Assembly: GCF_022045235.1 (NCBI RefSeq)
Contig: NW_027266286.1
Coordinates: 8,246,001-8,310,000 of the forward strand
DNA from: Haliotis cracherodii
Lineage: Eukaryota
Length of the DNA: 64,000 bases
Direction: 5' to 3'
Part shown: positions 39,701 to 54,700 of the stretch, one piece after another
How the letters are laid out: each line of letters begins with the position of its first letter
How positions within the stretch are numbered: the stretch's first letter is position 1
The notes under the pieces: model-generated
What the model saw: the letters and a program-made list of their open reading frames with translations, nothing else
What the model was told of the DNA's origin: nothing
The model's database searches: none
Program-made: the position numbers and the translations under genes

Positions 39701-42700
39701 GTTTGATTCCCGACATGGGTACAATGTGTGAAGCCCATTTCTGGTGTCCCCCGCCGTGATTTTGCTGGAATATTGCTAAAAGCGGTGTAAAACCATACTC
39801 ACTCACTCACTCACTCACTCAATTATTTACAGACCATGGTCACATAATTGGAATATTGCTGAGTGAAGCATTAAACAACAAACAAACCTGTATCTACAAG
39901 TCTCAACTGCAATGTTTGAAACCCATTTCTGGTGTCCCGTGCCATATTGTTGGTATATTGCAGAAAGCAGGGTAAAACCAAACTCACTCACTCACTCACC
40001 CACTCAGGTCTCAAATGCTGCTGCAGGAAGCACACAAGACATGTGTAAGCCAATAAATGTGATGCTGCAGGTTCAATGCCTTTCAGAGAACATGTAATTG
40101 CTATGTTACACATTAATGTCAGTGAATATTCAGGTATGTGAAGGGACCTTGCTCAGTATTTTTTTTATTACTTGCCGTTTACAACTTCTTAAAAATATTT
40201 CACTATTGTGTGATCCACAGCATAATCCAATTGGGTTTAACAGAATAATACTTCGAACACATCAACATTTGACATGTATTAATTCCATACAACGGCCCAC
40301 CTTTAGAATTCATGGGTCTGTTCCACGAAACTATTGTAGTGCTAAGGTGATCGAAACTCCCTTACTGTAACATAGACTTAGTCTTACGACCGACTGTCAT
40401 TGTGCTACATCTCCTTGTGAGAGTTTACAAACATGTCACAATAAACTATGATGTAATTTGTGGAACTTTGTTGCAAGATTAATGGGTGAAACAATGCTGT
40501 GTGACATCAGCCTAGCATCAAGTGTGCATAACCCTCCTCCCAGTGATCTTTCATCTTAACATCATTGAATAAGCGAAGCTAATGTGAGGCAGATTGTCTG
40601 ATTTGCGCAAGGAACATCCAGTTCCTTTGTTATCTGACATAATGAACACGTTGACGTCACATACGCATGATGTCATTCACAAGACATCTTCAAGAGATGT
40701 CATCCTTTTTTATTTGTGGTTGTTTCCTTTCATTACTTACTATCTTAACAATTTTGAACCCTTCTTTCTTTAGGACTGGGTTGTTTCAACATGTTTACAT
40801 GTCTGCTAGCCTGAAAGTACTGAAACAAAGGAATGACTCCCAATGGTTGCCACCAGTGGGGCAGGATACACTCACCTTTTCGTGAACACGTCGTATCATC
40901 ACTATTTGATTGTGATTCATAAACACATGCTCATGATGTCGGAATCCTACAATCAACTCAGCTATTAGCAGATAGGCCTTCTTCTTACGAATATGGAAAG
41001 GGTTTCTTGCTCTTATTTACGTAACATAAACCTTTAGTTCGACATGAACTGTGAACTAGTTGGATTTAACTCAAGGTGTCGACCTCTGCATAGGGCAAGA
41101 TTTATTTGTTGAGTCAGAATAGGGTATTTATAGGATATTACACTCGCTTTAATCTAATATGAAGTTTATGACCCAAGTGAAAATTATTTCAAGCAGGACA
41201 TAAACTTGATATTAAATTGAAGCGAGTGTAATGTTTTATTTATTACCACAAATGTAATTGGAAGAGGATTCAACAAAAACAAACAGTCTCAGTACCGTTA
41301 ACATAGCCACTGACAGAAAGGTCAAAGTTACAATGTTTGTTGATCAAACCACAGCAGAAGTTCACAGCTGTAAAAAATAATTCCCTGGGTTTTTTTTCTC
41401 AGTACAATAAATGACAAAATGTTATGTTGTTGCTAAATTTAAAGTGAATGAGTGAGTTAATGCTTTACGTCACATCAGCAATATTTCAGCCATATCGTGA
41501 CGAGTTCTCCTAATTGAGCAAAAGAGTATTTACCAAATTAATTGATGGTAATCTCACATTATTCCGCCTTAACAACAAGTACCCTGTCACAAGTGCTCAG
41601 TAGACAAGACATCTGTGTATACGCAGCAGACAGAGAGTTCCAGTTTGGCTTTTAACATTTTATTTAGAGGTCACCAAGAGCATCTTCTGAAAATGTCAAC
41701 ATGTCTGATGACAAACAGTGTTTCAAGCGGGAAAGCATCTACTGTTGAAAATGTTTCACTGACTGTTTATTGGATGTACGAGGGTTATTCGTCTTAACTG
41801 GCTCGCTGCAAATGACCATGTCTCAAGGACCATGCAATAGAGTATATTGTAAAGTTAACATGCAGTCTTACAGTCTGTGTTTTTATTTTCATTAATGATC
41901 ATGCACATGAATATGAAATGTTGAACGTACCTGTAGCTCAGCGCGAAACAAGCATTTGTGGCAGTAAAACCACAATCATGTCAAACAGCATGTGTTGCTT
42001 TTCGGTGCTCTTCAGAACAGTTTAGAGAAGAATTTGGTTTCTAACTTTGCAGTTTGGGGATTGTAATTTGTATAATGTCAGTTTAGGGGAAACAGTCCTA
42101 CTGTGTCAGCCTCATCCCAAAGTCCTCTCTCATCCTGAGCCATGTTAACTGGCACACGTGAATTCAGGGAAATAGAAAACTAACTGCAGGAGGCTATTTG
42201 AAGTATGATATGGCTAAACTGCTTCAGTATTTGATCACAAAATTGAAAATCAAAATTACTTCAGTTTGTTATCCATCATCTGGTAGCATTTCTAGGGTAA
42301 CAAAAACAAGGTTTTTGTGTTCGAAATATGAAAGAATGATTGCAGCAAAAGAAGTCCCGTAAAGGTCAAGGTTCACAATCAGCCAATCAAATGCCTAGTG
42401 AAAAGTGAAAAGTAATTTGTGCACGCTTTGCGAGTATCAGAAATATCTGCACCGATATGTTTTACCCCTGGGGGAATAAGTATTGGGAAGCCAGCTTCAA
42501 GGATATGGACTTTTACCATACGATGCGTCAGGGTGTGAGTGCGTGTATTAACCTACTTATACCACGATAGCAAAACCATAAACCAGACTCACCCCCCCTC
42601 ATCTTAATCAATTCATACAACTTAAATAAACCAAATGAATAAGAAAAATATCTACCTGCCTTATCTGAAAGGGAAACGTGTGGTAATCTCATGACAGTGT

Positions 42701-45700
42701 TGCAGGCATACATTTACGGACTGTCGTCACTACCAAAACAGTGTGGTCGTCTTGCTTGTCTATTGGTGACATAAACTTCACCTCAGAGTTTAATTCATAA
42801 TTGACACCTCTTGCCTTATTAAAATTGGATTAAGAGTCAATCTATCATTCCATATGGCATCTTAATGAATCTACTGTGATCAAATGCTATCAACCCTTTG
42901 ATATTGGCTACCATGTGATATGACCTACCAGACAAACATCTTCACACATTGATGGCATTGATGATGTCTGCCTTGATGGTATTTATGAGATCCGTGTTGA
43001 TGGTATTTATGAAGTTTGCCTTGATGATGTTCATATTGATGGTATTTATGAAGTTTGCCTTGATGATGTTCATATTGATAGTATTTATGAAGTTTGCATT
43101 GATGATGTTCATATTGATGGTATTTATGAAGTTTGCATTGATGATGTTCATATTGATGGTATTTATGAAGTTTGCCTTGATGATGTCCATATTGATGGTA
43201 TTTATGAAGTTTGCCTTGATGATGTTCGTATTGATGGTATTTACAAAGTTTGCCTTGATGATGTTCATATTGATGGTATTTATGAAGTTTGCCTTGATGA
43301 TGATCATATTGATAGTATTTATGAAGTTTGCCTTGATGATGTCCATATTGATGGTATTTATGAAGTTTGCATTTGATGATCTCTGCATTGATGGCACTGA
43401 TGATGTCTGTTTTGATGGCACTGATGATGTCTGTTTTGATGGCATTGATGGCATTGATGGCACTGATGATGATGAGGGAACAAAACTGTGTAATTGCACT
43501 GTTGGTAAGTTCTGTCCAGTTCTGGGAATCAGATTTCCAGGTACATGGAACATTTTATATCGTAATTTATTCATTTTTCATTAAAGTCATTGGGAAGGCA
43601 TGATTTCCAGGTAAGTGGGATCTTGACAAGACGGGTTCTTCAGTATATCCAAACATCCCATATTTTAGCATCTGTATGCTGTTCAGAATTTGATGAATGA
43701 AATGTGTTTCAAAACATAAGTCCATGCACCCTTCATTAAATACAAATTATGAAGCTGATGAATATAGCCTGAAGTTGGCAAAACAGTTAATTCTCCATAA
43801 CTTTCATTGACAAACAAATTAGTGTCACTAAAGTAGCCATGTCCCCATCATTTATTGAGCTGTGTATTTAATAAAGATGATTGGTGAATATTGACACAAG
43901 CGATTAAACACACCTGGGTTCAAAGGGCACAACACACAGTTCATTTGATTCAGACAATGACTGCACATACATAAAGGGCTTGAACTTTCAATGGGGTAAG
44001 TAAGAGCCCAGAAAATTTTGATACACAGGGAATTTCTCCTGAATGATACAGAATAACAAATTCCTCAGGTTTAAAACTTAAAAGGGAACAGATTAGTGTT
44101 GCCTTAGGTTATAACATCAGGGTGACACCACGAATAAACAATCCACACAGTCTCGGAAACATTAGCTTGTGCAAAATTTCTCAAAAGGTGACGATTTTGG
44201 CCCATGGGTATTTGACAGTAGTTTGTTTCAGGATTGGGACGAGACAGGTACAGAAACCGGAGAGAGTGAGACCAAGATAGCCAAATAACCTGTTAGAAAA
44301 AACAGGAATGTACATCAATTAAAATTATGTGGAAGTCTTAGATTCCAGCAAAGGGACAAACGTCATTAAGATGGACAATATCAAGAGACAAGCCCCTTTG
44401 TCCTCCAAACTTGTGCTGATTTGACACGCATACATCCATTGATTTGGAATCCTTTGTTCTCCTTTGCTTAAATTTTGTTCAGGACAGCTGTAATGTTTTT
44501 GGCTTTTTTATCTTTTATGTGAGAAGTGCCAAAAAGGTTGGTAGCCAGTTCCTGTAGATAGAAAAACCTGCTAGAATAAACCAGCTCCGGAACTTCAGAA
44601 TTAGGCACGGAAGTAGAGCATGTGTAAGTTCCTGCCTCAAGAGAACAAAGGATCACCTGTGGGCTAATTAAATTACGCACACATGCACATTAGTTTTTGT
44701 TAGGCTTAAGTAAAGATGGCAAATGGCTGTACGTTTAGACCTGGAGCAGAGGACAAGCTATTCATATAGATGGAGACACCAACTCTCTTGGGCTATTCAT
44801 TTGTGCCTATTCATCAGAGACATAATAAACTAGGAAAAAAGTTTGAATGGATGTGTTTTCAAATTGGCTTTATTCCATCATGAGACGAGAGCATCCTCAA
44901 CCAAATATCAGTCGTGTATTTTAGCATGTCAATTGACAACCTATTTAATCAAATTCTCACATGAACAATCTGTTAATTCTAATTTCTGTTAAGTTTACTT
45001 CAAAACCATCAACTTTTTGCAAAATGCAAATATTTCGCTTGATAAAAAGTTTCAATAGTTTCTTGCAAATTAATTTTTGTCATTTTGTTTCATTTTCTTC
45101 AAGTGAGAGATGCTGTGATTATAAAGTCGAGACTTAAAACTTTCTAACAGTTATATCCTGCAGAAATAATTTCTTGCAACAAGTTCATTTCCATAATCAT
45201 AAGCAATCTCTGGTAAAAGCAGAGTCCATTGTATGAGCTTCTTTTTAAGAATCACTATCAAATTGTGATGGTATAAGGTGTTCGCGAATAGGTGAGCAGA
45301 TCCTGCCCTCAGGTGGCACCCATCACAAATACATGCAAAGGCTAGTCAATTGTTCCCCTGAAAAAGCACATGGTAACATATGGCACAAGTTGAAATAGGG
45401 AATTGCATTGGACATCACTCAAATTTGGTAATGTTCTCCACATACCATAAAACATTTTGAAAGGTTTACTGAGGCCTTAATTCATGTTGTAACCTTGATC
45501 AAACAACTCTTGAGCGAGAGCCGCATGATGCCTTTTGATATTCTCATAGAAAGATCATGCTCAGTTGTATCTCAAAAGTTGTGAAATGTCGACACCAAAG
45601 GCTGGAGCTGATGAAATATTGCTCGACAAGTTGACTATTGGGAAGTTGAAGTCATCCCTCTTGTCACACAGTCTTGTCAGAAATAGTTTGTCACTCTGAA

Positions 45701-48700
45701 TCTTTATGAATAGATCTAAATATGAAACCGATGAAACTGTCTCACTGGTCTCGTTTATTGCTAAAGAATATATATATGATTATTTTTTTTGACATATGTT
45801 ATCAAAGTATTCTGAAATGTACTGAATCCAAAGGTTAAACCTTTAACACATATCTACTGCATATAGAACCACAAAAATAAACACAAAAACTTATTCAATA
45901 TCGTCACTATGGTGAGTTATAAACTGAAACATCCATGGCTAATACACTGTCTACATCACCCTAATACATTCATTTGATCTCATCCAAGTCTCCATGCAAA
46001 AAAGCCCGATCCTAAGTTATATATGCAGTTCCAAATAAAAATGACTCTCTGAAGATCATGTTTCACTGACAACACATTAATCTTCCTGCACATTATGAGA
46101 GCAAACTAACATCTACTTCTGATCTTCAGCTATTCTGACATCATTCTAAATTATCTCTGTCAAACTTACAGTTAAAACAGCCAGCGGATTCAATTATATG
46201 AATACCATCAAATCTTGAAAAGTGGGATCGCTTGATTTATTGAAACACTCCAACAGAAAACTACATGGTGCCTCCCTGGCTATGATCAGGAGCCATCATA
46301 GAAGGAGGTCTCCATATGTTTTCATCAATGCCAGTGGGATCAACCCTGAAGTGATATTTCATGGGACTATTCAATCTTGTTTCAACCGTTTCTACATTTC
46401 ACATACCTTCCCAGTCCCTCGTTCAGATGGTTATCCTTATAAATGCAAGAAACCTTTCAATGAACAGATAATGTGACAGAAAAATCACTAAAGGTGCTCT
46501 CCAATGGATTGTAAACTTGTACATGTGTAACAATGCTGTCTTTAGCCCAGTTGAAATGCTCCCTGTGTAGCTCCCTCTACCTTGTGGGGCCACACATGGT
46601 TTGTATACTCAAGTCAAACAGATGGGAAAATGTTGGAAGTTCATGCCAGTGTGATACATGGTCCTAGCCTTGTTATAGGTGCCACAAGATAATGTTTTGA
46701 GTGTTTATGTATCATGTATTACATGTTTGGATATTTATGATAGGTATGATACTGGGAGATAGTGTATCATTCATTACAGGCCTAGTTTGACCATAAAGCA
46801 TCAAGAGCTGTTTCATATTTATGTCCATGCATAAAGATTCAGAGTGACAGGAAACTATCCACAAGACTGTATGACAAGAGGGATGACTTCAAATTTCCCT
46901 TTATGTCTGGTAATAGTCCATCATCTCCAGCCTCTAATGTCGACATTTCACAAAGTTTGACATTCAATTGGGCATTCTCGTTCCACGAAGATTTCTAACA
47001 GTGTCATGTGACTCAAAAGTTGATCAGGGTTACAACATTAAACGCCTCAGTAAAGTTTCAAAAAGTTTTATGGTAGATATGTATGGCACATTTCTAAGCT
47101 TGATGCATCAGTAACCATAATGATTTCCGATGCAATTCAATCATTTAAACTTGAGCCTTATGTCCCCATGTTTTTATTCAGGTGAACAAGTGACTAGCCT
47201 TTGAATGTGTTTGTGAGGGGTGTCACCGGTGGGACATGATATGCTCACCAATTTGCGAACACCTATTATTATCAATATTTGATAGTGACTCATAAACACA
47301 TGCTTATGATATGCTCTAAGATTTTACAGTGGATTCTGCTTGTAGCAGAGCCTGCTTATGATTGTGGAAATGGTTTTGTTGCTTTTCTTTAAAATGTCAC
47401 TGTTAGTAATGCAGTAACCCTACCTATATGAATTAACTGCTTATCGTCATTTAAGAACCACATAGCCCCTGAACAACAAAAACAAAAAAGCCTTTCCATA
47501 ATCATAAGAAATCTCTGCTTAAAGCATTGTACAATGAAATCTAGAATCAACTGAATCATGGAAGAGCATCTCAAGATAGATGGATGATTCAACATAAACT
47601 CAGCACCATTCTTAGTCCCAAGGTAGAAATATCAATATACCATAGGGTAGCCTAGTGGTTAAAGTGTTCGCTTGTCACGCCGAAGACCAGGGTTTGATTC
47701 CCTACATGGGTACAATGTCTGAAGCCCGTTTCTGGTGTCCCCTGCCATGATATTGCTAAAAGCGGCATAAAAAAATACTCACTCACTCACCCCACATATA
47801 CCAAGGAATCCTCCACATACCACAGACTATTTGTAGTTATACACAGACATCGTCTTGGAATAGATTAAAGACACAAGCGGCCCAGACTTCGAGCTCAGCT
47901 GTAGAGTGTTTGGCTCAAAAAAAAAAGGATTCCATCAGCTGAATGAAATTGAAAAGATCGATGTGGCGTCTTAATCTTGTTGGTAAGAGCTATACTGGAC
48001 ATATGTGGTGCCGTTCAGACAGCCTTGGACACTGTACATGGTTACTGTGAACAAACACAGGACTTACCATACAGCCAGTATACCATGCAGAGTATGCAGA
48101 AGCAGCTCACTGTACACAGAGAGAAAAAGCAGAAAAACTATACTATCGTATATGAAGTCTTACAACAATTTTACAGGTGTCACTTTGATGCCAGAAGATA
48201 CACAAGCCCTTCTAAACAATCAATGGGTCTTATGGACTGAGAAGACTAATTATGAAAAGAAGATGTTGATTACATTAACATTTTCAGGATGACTTCCTTT
48301 CCTTTCAGAATTGCATGACAACAAATGTTGAAATGTTTCAGTTCCCACATGGGAAGTGAAGCTCTGGGAGATTACCATGGACGACAAAAGTTATAATATT
48401 GGTGTAAAGAATGTCATAAGACTAGATATCAGGCACCCCACAAATCAATTCATATTTACCATTTGGCGTGTTCAAATACCAGACACATGTAGTAATTGGT
48501 TTTCTGTAGCTAAAGGAAGAGAAGTTGTATTTGCTAATAATCATGAGTTACTGCAGTGTCAATTGTTGTTTTGAAGGAAATAAGTAACAGTGAGTTTATG
48601 ATTAATATCTCAATTTCTTTAATCAGCTATGGTGCCTAGTAACTGGTCTGTGGACAGGATCAGTTAGTGGGGCTAGGAAAGCATGACAAATATCACCATT

Positions 48701-51700
48701 AGAGTTAAGTTAATGCTAGAGTACCATGCTTGAATCTTCTTAGGCCACCTCCCATAACACAATGTCCTCCCTATCATCCTACCTGACTTTCAATCCCCCT
48801 CTTCATCCCCTATTTAGACAACCATGTGTCATACACTGTACCGTCCTAACTCCCCTCAAGGAGTTTCATCAGATTCAAGACTTTGCTGTTCACATGTAGA
48901 CTATTCTATACCAAACATGCCTTATTTGGAAGCAAATTAAGAGGGCCTCAGCCTAGTCCAATTTGCCATCCCACTTTCGCAAACATAATGCTATAATTGT
49001 CCAGTCCTTTTATAACAGATTTATCCTTCAAGACATTAAAAGATGAAAAAAGCTGCTTATCCCTCACAAAATCCTATAAATCTGACATTACTGGGCTTAG
49101 GTTTGATCAAATCTCTGTAATGACTTTCTCCATGGAGCACTGTTTACCCGCTGAGACTTGAATTACCCTCGGGTTTTTTCCAAGAAAATTCTGTACACAA
49201 AATTGCTATTTTGTCATCCAATTACAGCTATCTGCAAGACCTGGACACAAAGCAGAGAAGTTATAATACAGCTTTTCACAGACTTGGCAATAGGCACAGA
49301 TTGTCTCTGATAAAACAATTGCTCCCCTTCCTGACATGAATTACTTGAAGAATCTAGTCCTGTAAGAGCAGAGTGATCATTAAAATAATTCTTCAAGTTC
49401 AAAGTGTTACCTTCATGTCAGTGATGAAATAAACTATGAACATTCAACGTTCACAAATCATGACATTTTCTACTTACATAGCTTTAGTTATACAGTTTGT
49501 AGGAAGGAAAGCCTTTACTTTAAATATATATGGCGTCCATAAGGGCCCTGATCAATAGCCTCATTTCACTGCCATGCCTCATTTGTTGCTTGTCGCTACC
49601 TCGGAAATGGTACCCTTGGAATGGGGACCAGCAGAAAATGTAGGCTCTGGCGTGGTTAACAACTGCAAGGGGTTTTAACACATGAACTGACATCAACGCT
49701 AAACATCTGATGAGATTTCCAAGTCAAATTTGCTGCTGATCACCCTTGAATACTCACTGAAGATCACACGAATATTCTATTGAAGACATTCCAGTGAGAG
49801 AACCTTAGTCTGCTCTTATTGACAAATCGGACCATTTTGTCCATGGTTTTTGTCCATTAATAAGGCATCTTTATATTAAGATATCAGAATAAACTCACAA
49901 TCTGAAGGAACAAAATAGACCTTAATATTCTGAAGATCAGGACATGTGAGAGATGTAATTATTTCTTTCTCCAGCATACTAGTATATCATCCTTCCAAAG
50001 CCTTCAGTTACAAGATTAAACAAGGCACACGATATTACAAGGTACATATGAGATTTGTACTGAACCTTTGGACATGTGGTGGTACATCAACTTGATACTG
50101 AGACAACATCTGTAGCCTGTATATTATGACAATGGTAGGTCGATCCTGAACTAGTATGAGAAGGAGTATTTGTTTGCTAACCAATGTCAGCTAACGGTAC
50201 ATCACCATCTCACTGTTGTTAGTTGTCCTATGTTGATAGCAGTGTTGGTTATGGTGGAGATATAGGAGTGTGGTGATGGAGTTGAATGATGATGATGAAA
50301 CCAGAAAATGACAATGAAGTTGGAGGTGAGGTGAAATGGGGCTTAGAGTTCAAGGTAAGTGCGACCGGTTGGGAAGGATAAACTGTCTGCTATGTCTAAC
50401 ATCTAAACACTAGTCAATAAAATCTTGAGTTGACAAAGCCAAGCTCACACATAGGTGCTGGTTAAAACTGGTACTGTATGCTTAACTCTATACAAATAGT
50501 GAAGGGAAGCAACAAAGGGAGGTAACTGTGACAAATGGCTTATTAATGTTCACCCAATACAATTAGAACAAGTTGTTTTGTTATACAAAATAGTGTTTCT
50601 TTCTAACTTGGAATCAAGTTAATGATTATTATTATTTCTACAAGACTATTCAAGGACTGCCAAGCGTTAAAAACATCTTGGATCTTGATAGCAAGGTTAT
50701 TCTCCTCTGAGAGATGTAATTGTGTCGGTGAATGTGGCCATAGCTGCATTATCATAAATCTCAGCCAAAAAAAGTTGTTTTTTGTTGTTGTTTTTTAAAG
50801 TAACCATTCTAACAAAAAATTACAATAAAACCTTGAACATACCTATCACTTAAAATGATCAGAATCCTTATCACTGCTATTAGTCTCATTTCACCACTCT
50901 GCTTGTATCAAACATTGGATAACTCGATATAGTTTGGGTCAATAGGAGTTAATGGGGTTTCACTGTTATCCTTTTTTGTGTGACCTTCACAATCCCACAT
51001 AACAACTGGACCATCTCGCTATCACAAATTTAACATTTCCAATGCAGCAAAATATCTGTTCAAACATGTGGTTTCTCCTTTAATTTTGACATGTAGGAAT
51101 GGTAATTTCTACCAATCTATCTGTGGCATGTGTGAATACCATTAATCTACAGAATAACTCACTTTGCAACAATTTACATGAGTGATTGTAGAGTTTCTGC
51201 TTCACTTGACATCCACTGCAATATCCCCATAAAATATCATTTGATGTTGGCACTGTGCTTGTGCACACAAGCATGGGGTGTACCAGCAATGCGAGCAAAT
51301 TGCTATAAAACGTTATCGTTAGATATAGGAATATGGCTGGAGATAATGTTCCAGACGACTAGGTTTATTGATCAAGGCATGTCAATGGCATTTTTCTCCT
51401 AATGCAGCAAAGAAAATGCAGGAGATGCCATTCAAAAAACTTTCAATCCTGATATATACTTTCACTGATATGAAAACTAAAAAGCATTTTTATAATGTCT
51501 CCATATTCATCAACCACTTTACTTCTTTCATGAGAAATAACATGAGTGAGTGAGTGTACATATGATGTGAAGCAAGAATGTATGAATATAGATACAAGGC
51601 TTCTGATGAACTTAGAGAATGACTAATTCTCTTATACATTTCTTCAAATATGTCCATTAGAGGCAGTAGATTACAGTCAAGTGCTGACAAAGTCCTAAAA

Positions 51701-54700
51701 CTATCAATAATCATTTGAAATACTGAATTTAATGCCTCACTTCTATCAAATATCTAAACAAAACAACAAATTTCTAATAACTAATTAAGGACCCTTAACA
51801 GAAGCAAGAATTTATCTTTGCTATCAGAATTAGAAGCTTACAATATTGAATTTTTCACAAAAGTAACATAAGCATTTAGGTAAGACAACTATTGTGCCTT
51901 GTAAAGAGCATTGCATCATATTCTTAAACCCATTATCTCCATATGTCCATTAACCACATCCTTGACACACCTTCAGCTAAAAATATACCTTGTTTAAGTG
52001 ATAAAGGTATTAGCACTTAATGGCAGCACAGATCACTGTACTCTGATGCGAAAAACACTCTTCTTCTTACTTATTCATTGAAAAGCTCCAAATGAGAGCA
52101 AAAAAAAATGCCTAATCTACTGTGACTTAAACCCCGAAAGACAATCCCATGGTTGCATGTCTAGTCAAAGATATCCTTGGGGTATTGGTCTACTTTTGGA
52201 ACATGCATATTTAAATGTGTTCATAGAAGAGCGTAAAATTTGGTGCAATTACACCACATCATCTTACCAAGGAAGCTCATTTCACAGCAGGGAATTCCTA
52301 TTTAATTACCTTAATAGCGCTTGGGATCAATAAGGATAATTTTAAAGACCTGGTCTCTACAAATTGAAAAGAGAGAGGGATGAAGCCTGCATTTGGGCAA
52401 TTAATAAGATACCAAATGGGATGTTGTCATGCTGAGGTTTAAGCTTCAGTGTCCTGTATAATCTGCATTAGCCTCTGTAATCTTTCAAGACTTTCTCACC
52501 ATCAATTCCACATTTTTTATTTCTTTTTTCTTTTTCGAACAACAAAATACTGAACAGTGATAGGAGAGTTATGCTATGGGGAGGGGTGTTGCTCACAAAC
52601 CACTGTGACCATTGTGTACGTATAGGGTCACATTATATCATTCTTAGTAGGAGATGCATGCATCAGTCATGTGATGAGATGCTTGAAGGACAAGGCTCAT
52701 TAAAACAATGTGTATTGACAGTGATATGCTAGGGGTCTTTGAAACCACTGAATTTAGATGAGATGAGGTGAAAGGGGGTTTAACTTTGCGTCCAAGATTA
52801 TTGCACTTATATATGCACGTATGTGTGTGGCTGCTTGTACTAGTCCAGACTGATGCCGATTTATAGTGCCAGCTCCGAGATACCGTGCCGCAGTTCAACA
52901 TGAACACCCAACTCAGACACAGTATACCGACTCCAGGCCAACCAGTCATTGTTTTAACCCCTTAATGCCGAGTGCAAGATAGGGTAACAACAAGTACCAC
53001 CATCTTTTAACGTCTTTTAGGTATGACAAGGCGGGGATTGAACCCCAGACCTTCCACTCTCTGGGCGGACACTCTACCACGAGACCAAGAAAGCTGTCCT
53101 GATTTTAGATGAAGTTGTGTATGTTTAGAGCACACCATTAATTTCTCTCAGAATGGGATGCACATTGTCAGATGCTTTAGTCGATGAAGGTGGCTCAGGG
53201 ATGGGTATTAACAGTAAAACCTGTACTGAAATGTATTCACACATTGGCTGTATTGTGATACGTACCAATATGTATAGCATTAACATGGTAAAGAGTCTGT
53301 GAAAGGGATGTGCCCATATTTCTCTTCATATGTTATCAAGACACACAGTACTGCTACTTTGTTTACCTTGCTGTTAGACTCAATTGTACTTCTTGAAATA
53401 TTGTTTACATGTGATGTTTTAAAAAAGACTTCAAATCTGTTCAGCAAGACCATATCTTCATGCATCGCACTGCATAAAGTGAATTGCAATTAGCCAGTGC
53501 ATTGATATATTTTTACATTGATATTCAAGTAATGGAGGCAAATCAATACAAGCAATGGATGAAGGATGCATTGGAAAGAAATACTAATGTTCTTGTACTG
53601 GTTCTGTTTGTTTTGGAGAGTAACTTAATAACAACACGGTGTCAGCATGTTTTGGTGCTGGTGGATGATCCTGTCCAGATGATCATATAGAAGCTGACAG
53701 GTACAATGTTGTGTGTAAGATCAGCTATTGTCTTTCAACATGTGTGCAGTATTAACCCTAGCAACTGTCAGTTTTTTTGTATCTGATTTGGTATTAATTC
53801 ATGGCCACAGTTCTCCTTTCACTTAAACATTAACAATTACATCCAGGAGGTCATAATGCTGTTATTTAACCAATGATGCACTGCAAATCACACTATCTAT
53901 ATCAGTGTATTGATGAGATCAAGACATATGCATGTAATCTGGTACAGGATATAAGCATGGGAATTACAGTAACTTAACGACAGGTGTTAAAACAGAAAGA
54001 GTGCATGTCTAGACCTGCATTCTAATGGATAAACTTTATTAACTGACCTTCAAGAAAATTAATTACTCTAAAAAGTAATAGTCTTGAAAGTCTTTCTGGG
54101 TTACCTCAACTTGAGTAATGAAGACCTGTAAGTGTTACCATGTAATGCCTTGACTTCACAAGTTTTAATGTTCAAAGGCTTTTAATTCATTACGCTTAGA
54201 CACTGAGAGCTCCATGGCCTTGAAGTTGGAATAATTAACCTTTCACAGGCTCACAGGCCAGCTATATGGAGTTTGGCAACTGTGTACCAGGTCATACATC
54301 TGATTACTGCTGTCCAAAACACATTACGTTTTAGCAGTACAAAAACAGTAAGACAACTAATTTAAATTAGTCAAAACCCATTAAAGTTTGCAGTTTCAAA
54401 AAAAACCCTGATAATTTAATTAACCTAAGTCAGTACCAATGTAACTACTCCCTTGTGTCATTATGGAACAGATCCCCTGTGCCCATGTTTGTTGAACTGG
54501 GAGGGGATCAAGGGACAGACAGGCCAAGTACCCTGGTCATGTAGGTTGATGTTCACTCTCTATTGCTCAAGGGGTCGTCTAGTCCCAGCCTGATCACACA
54601 GGTGCTTGTGTAGCCTGTCTCTTCATCAGCACTTATTGCACTTCCTGTTATGCTTATCATCCTGTCATCTCACAACCAATGCAGACATAAACAATCTTGT

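Noticed and set aside
39644-39720. tRNA-Asp-like gene (also at 9020-9095 and 47645-47710)
   Set aside because: It continues into a shared SINE body and tail with TSDs and has no clean acceptor stem or terminator, so it is a SINE head.
42942-43603. ~210-aa ORFs on both strands (INTINMNIIKANF / LMMFILMVFMKFA repeats)
   Set aside because: They arise from a 39-bp minisatellite whose length is a multiple of 3. No domain or splice support.
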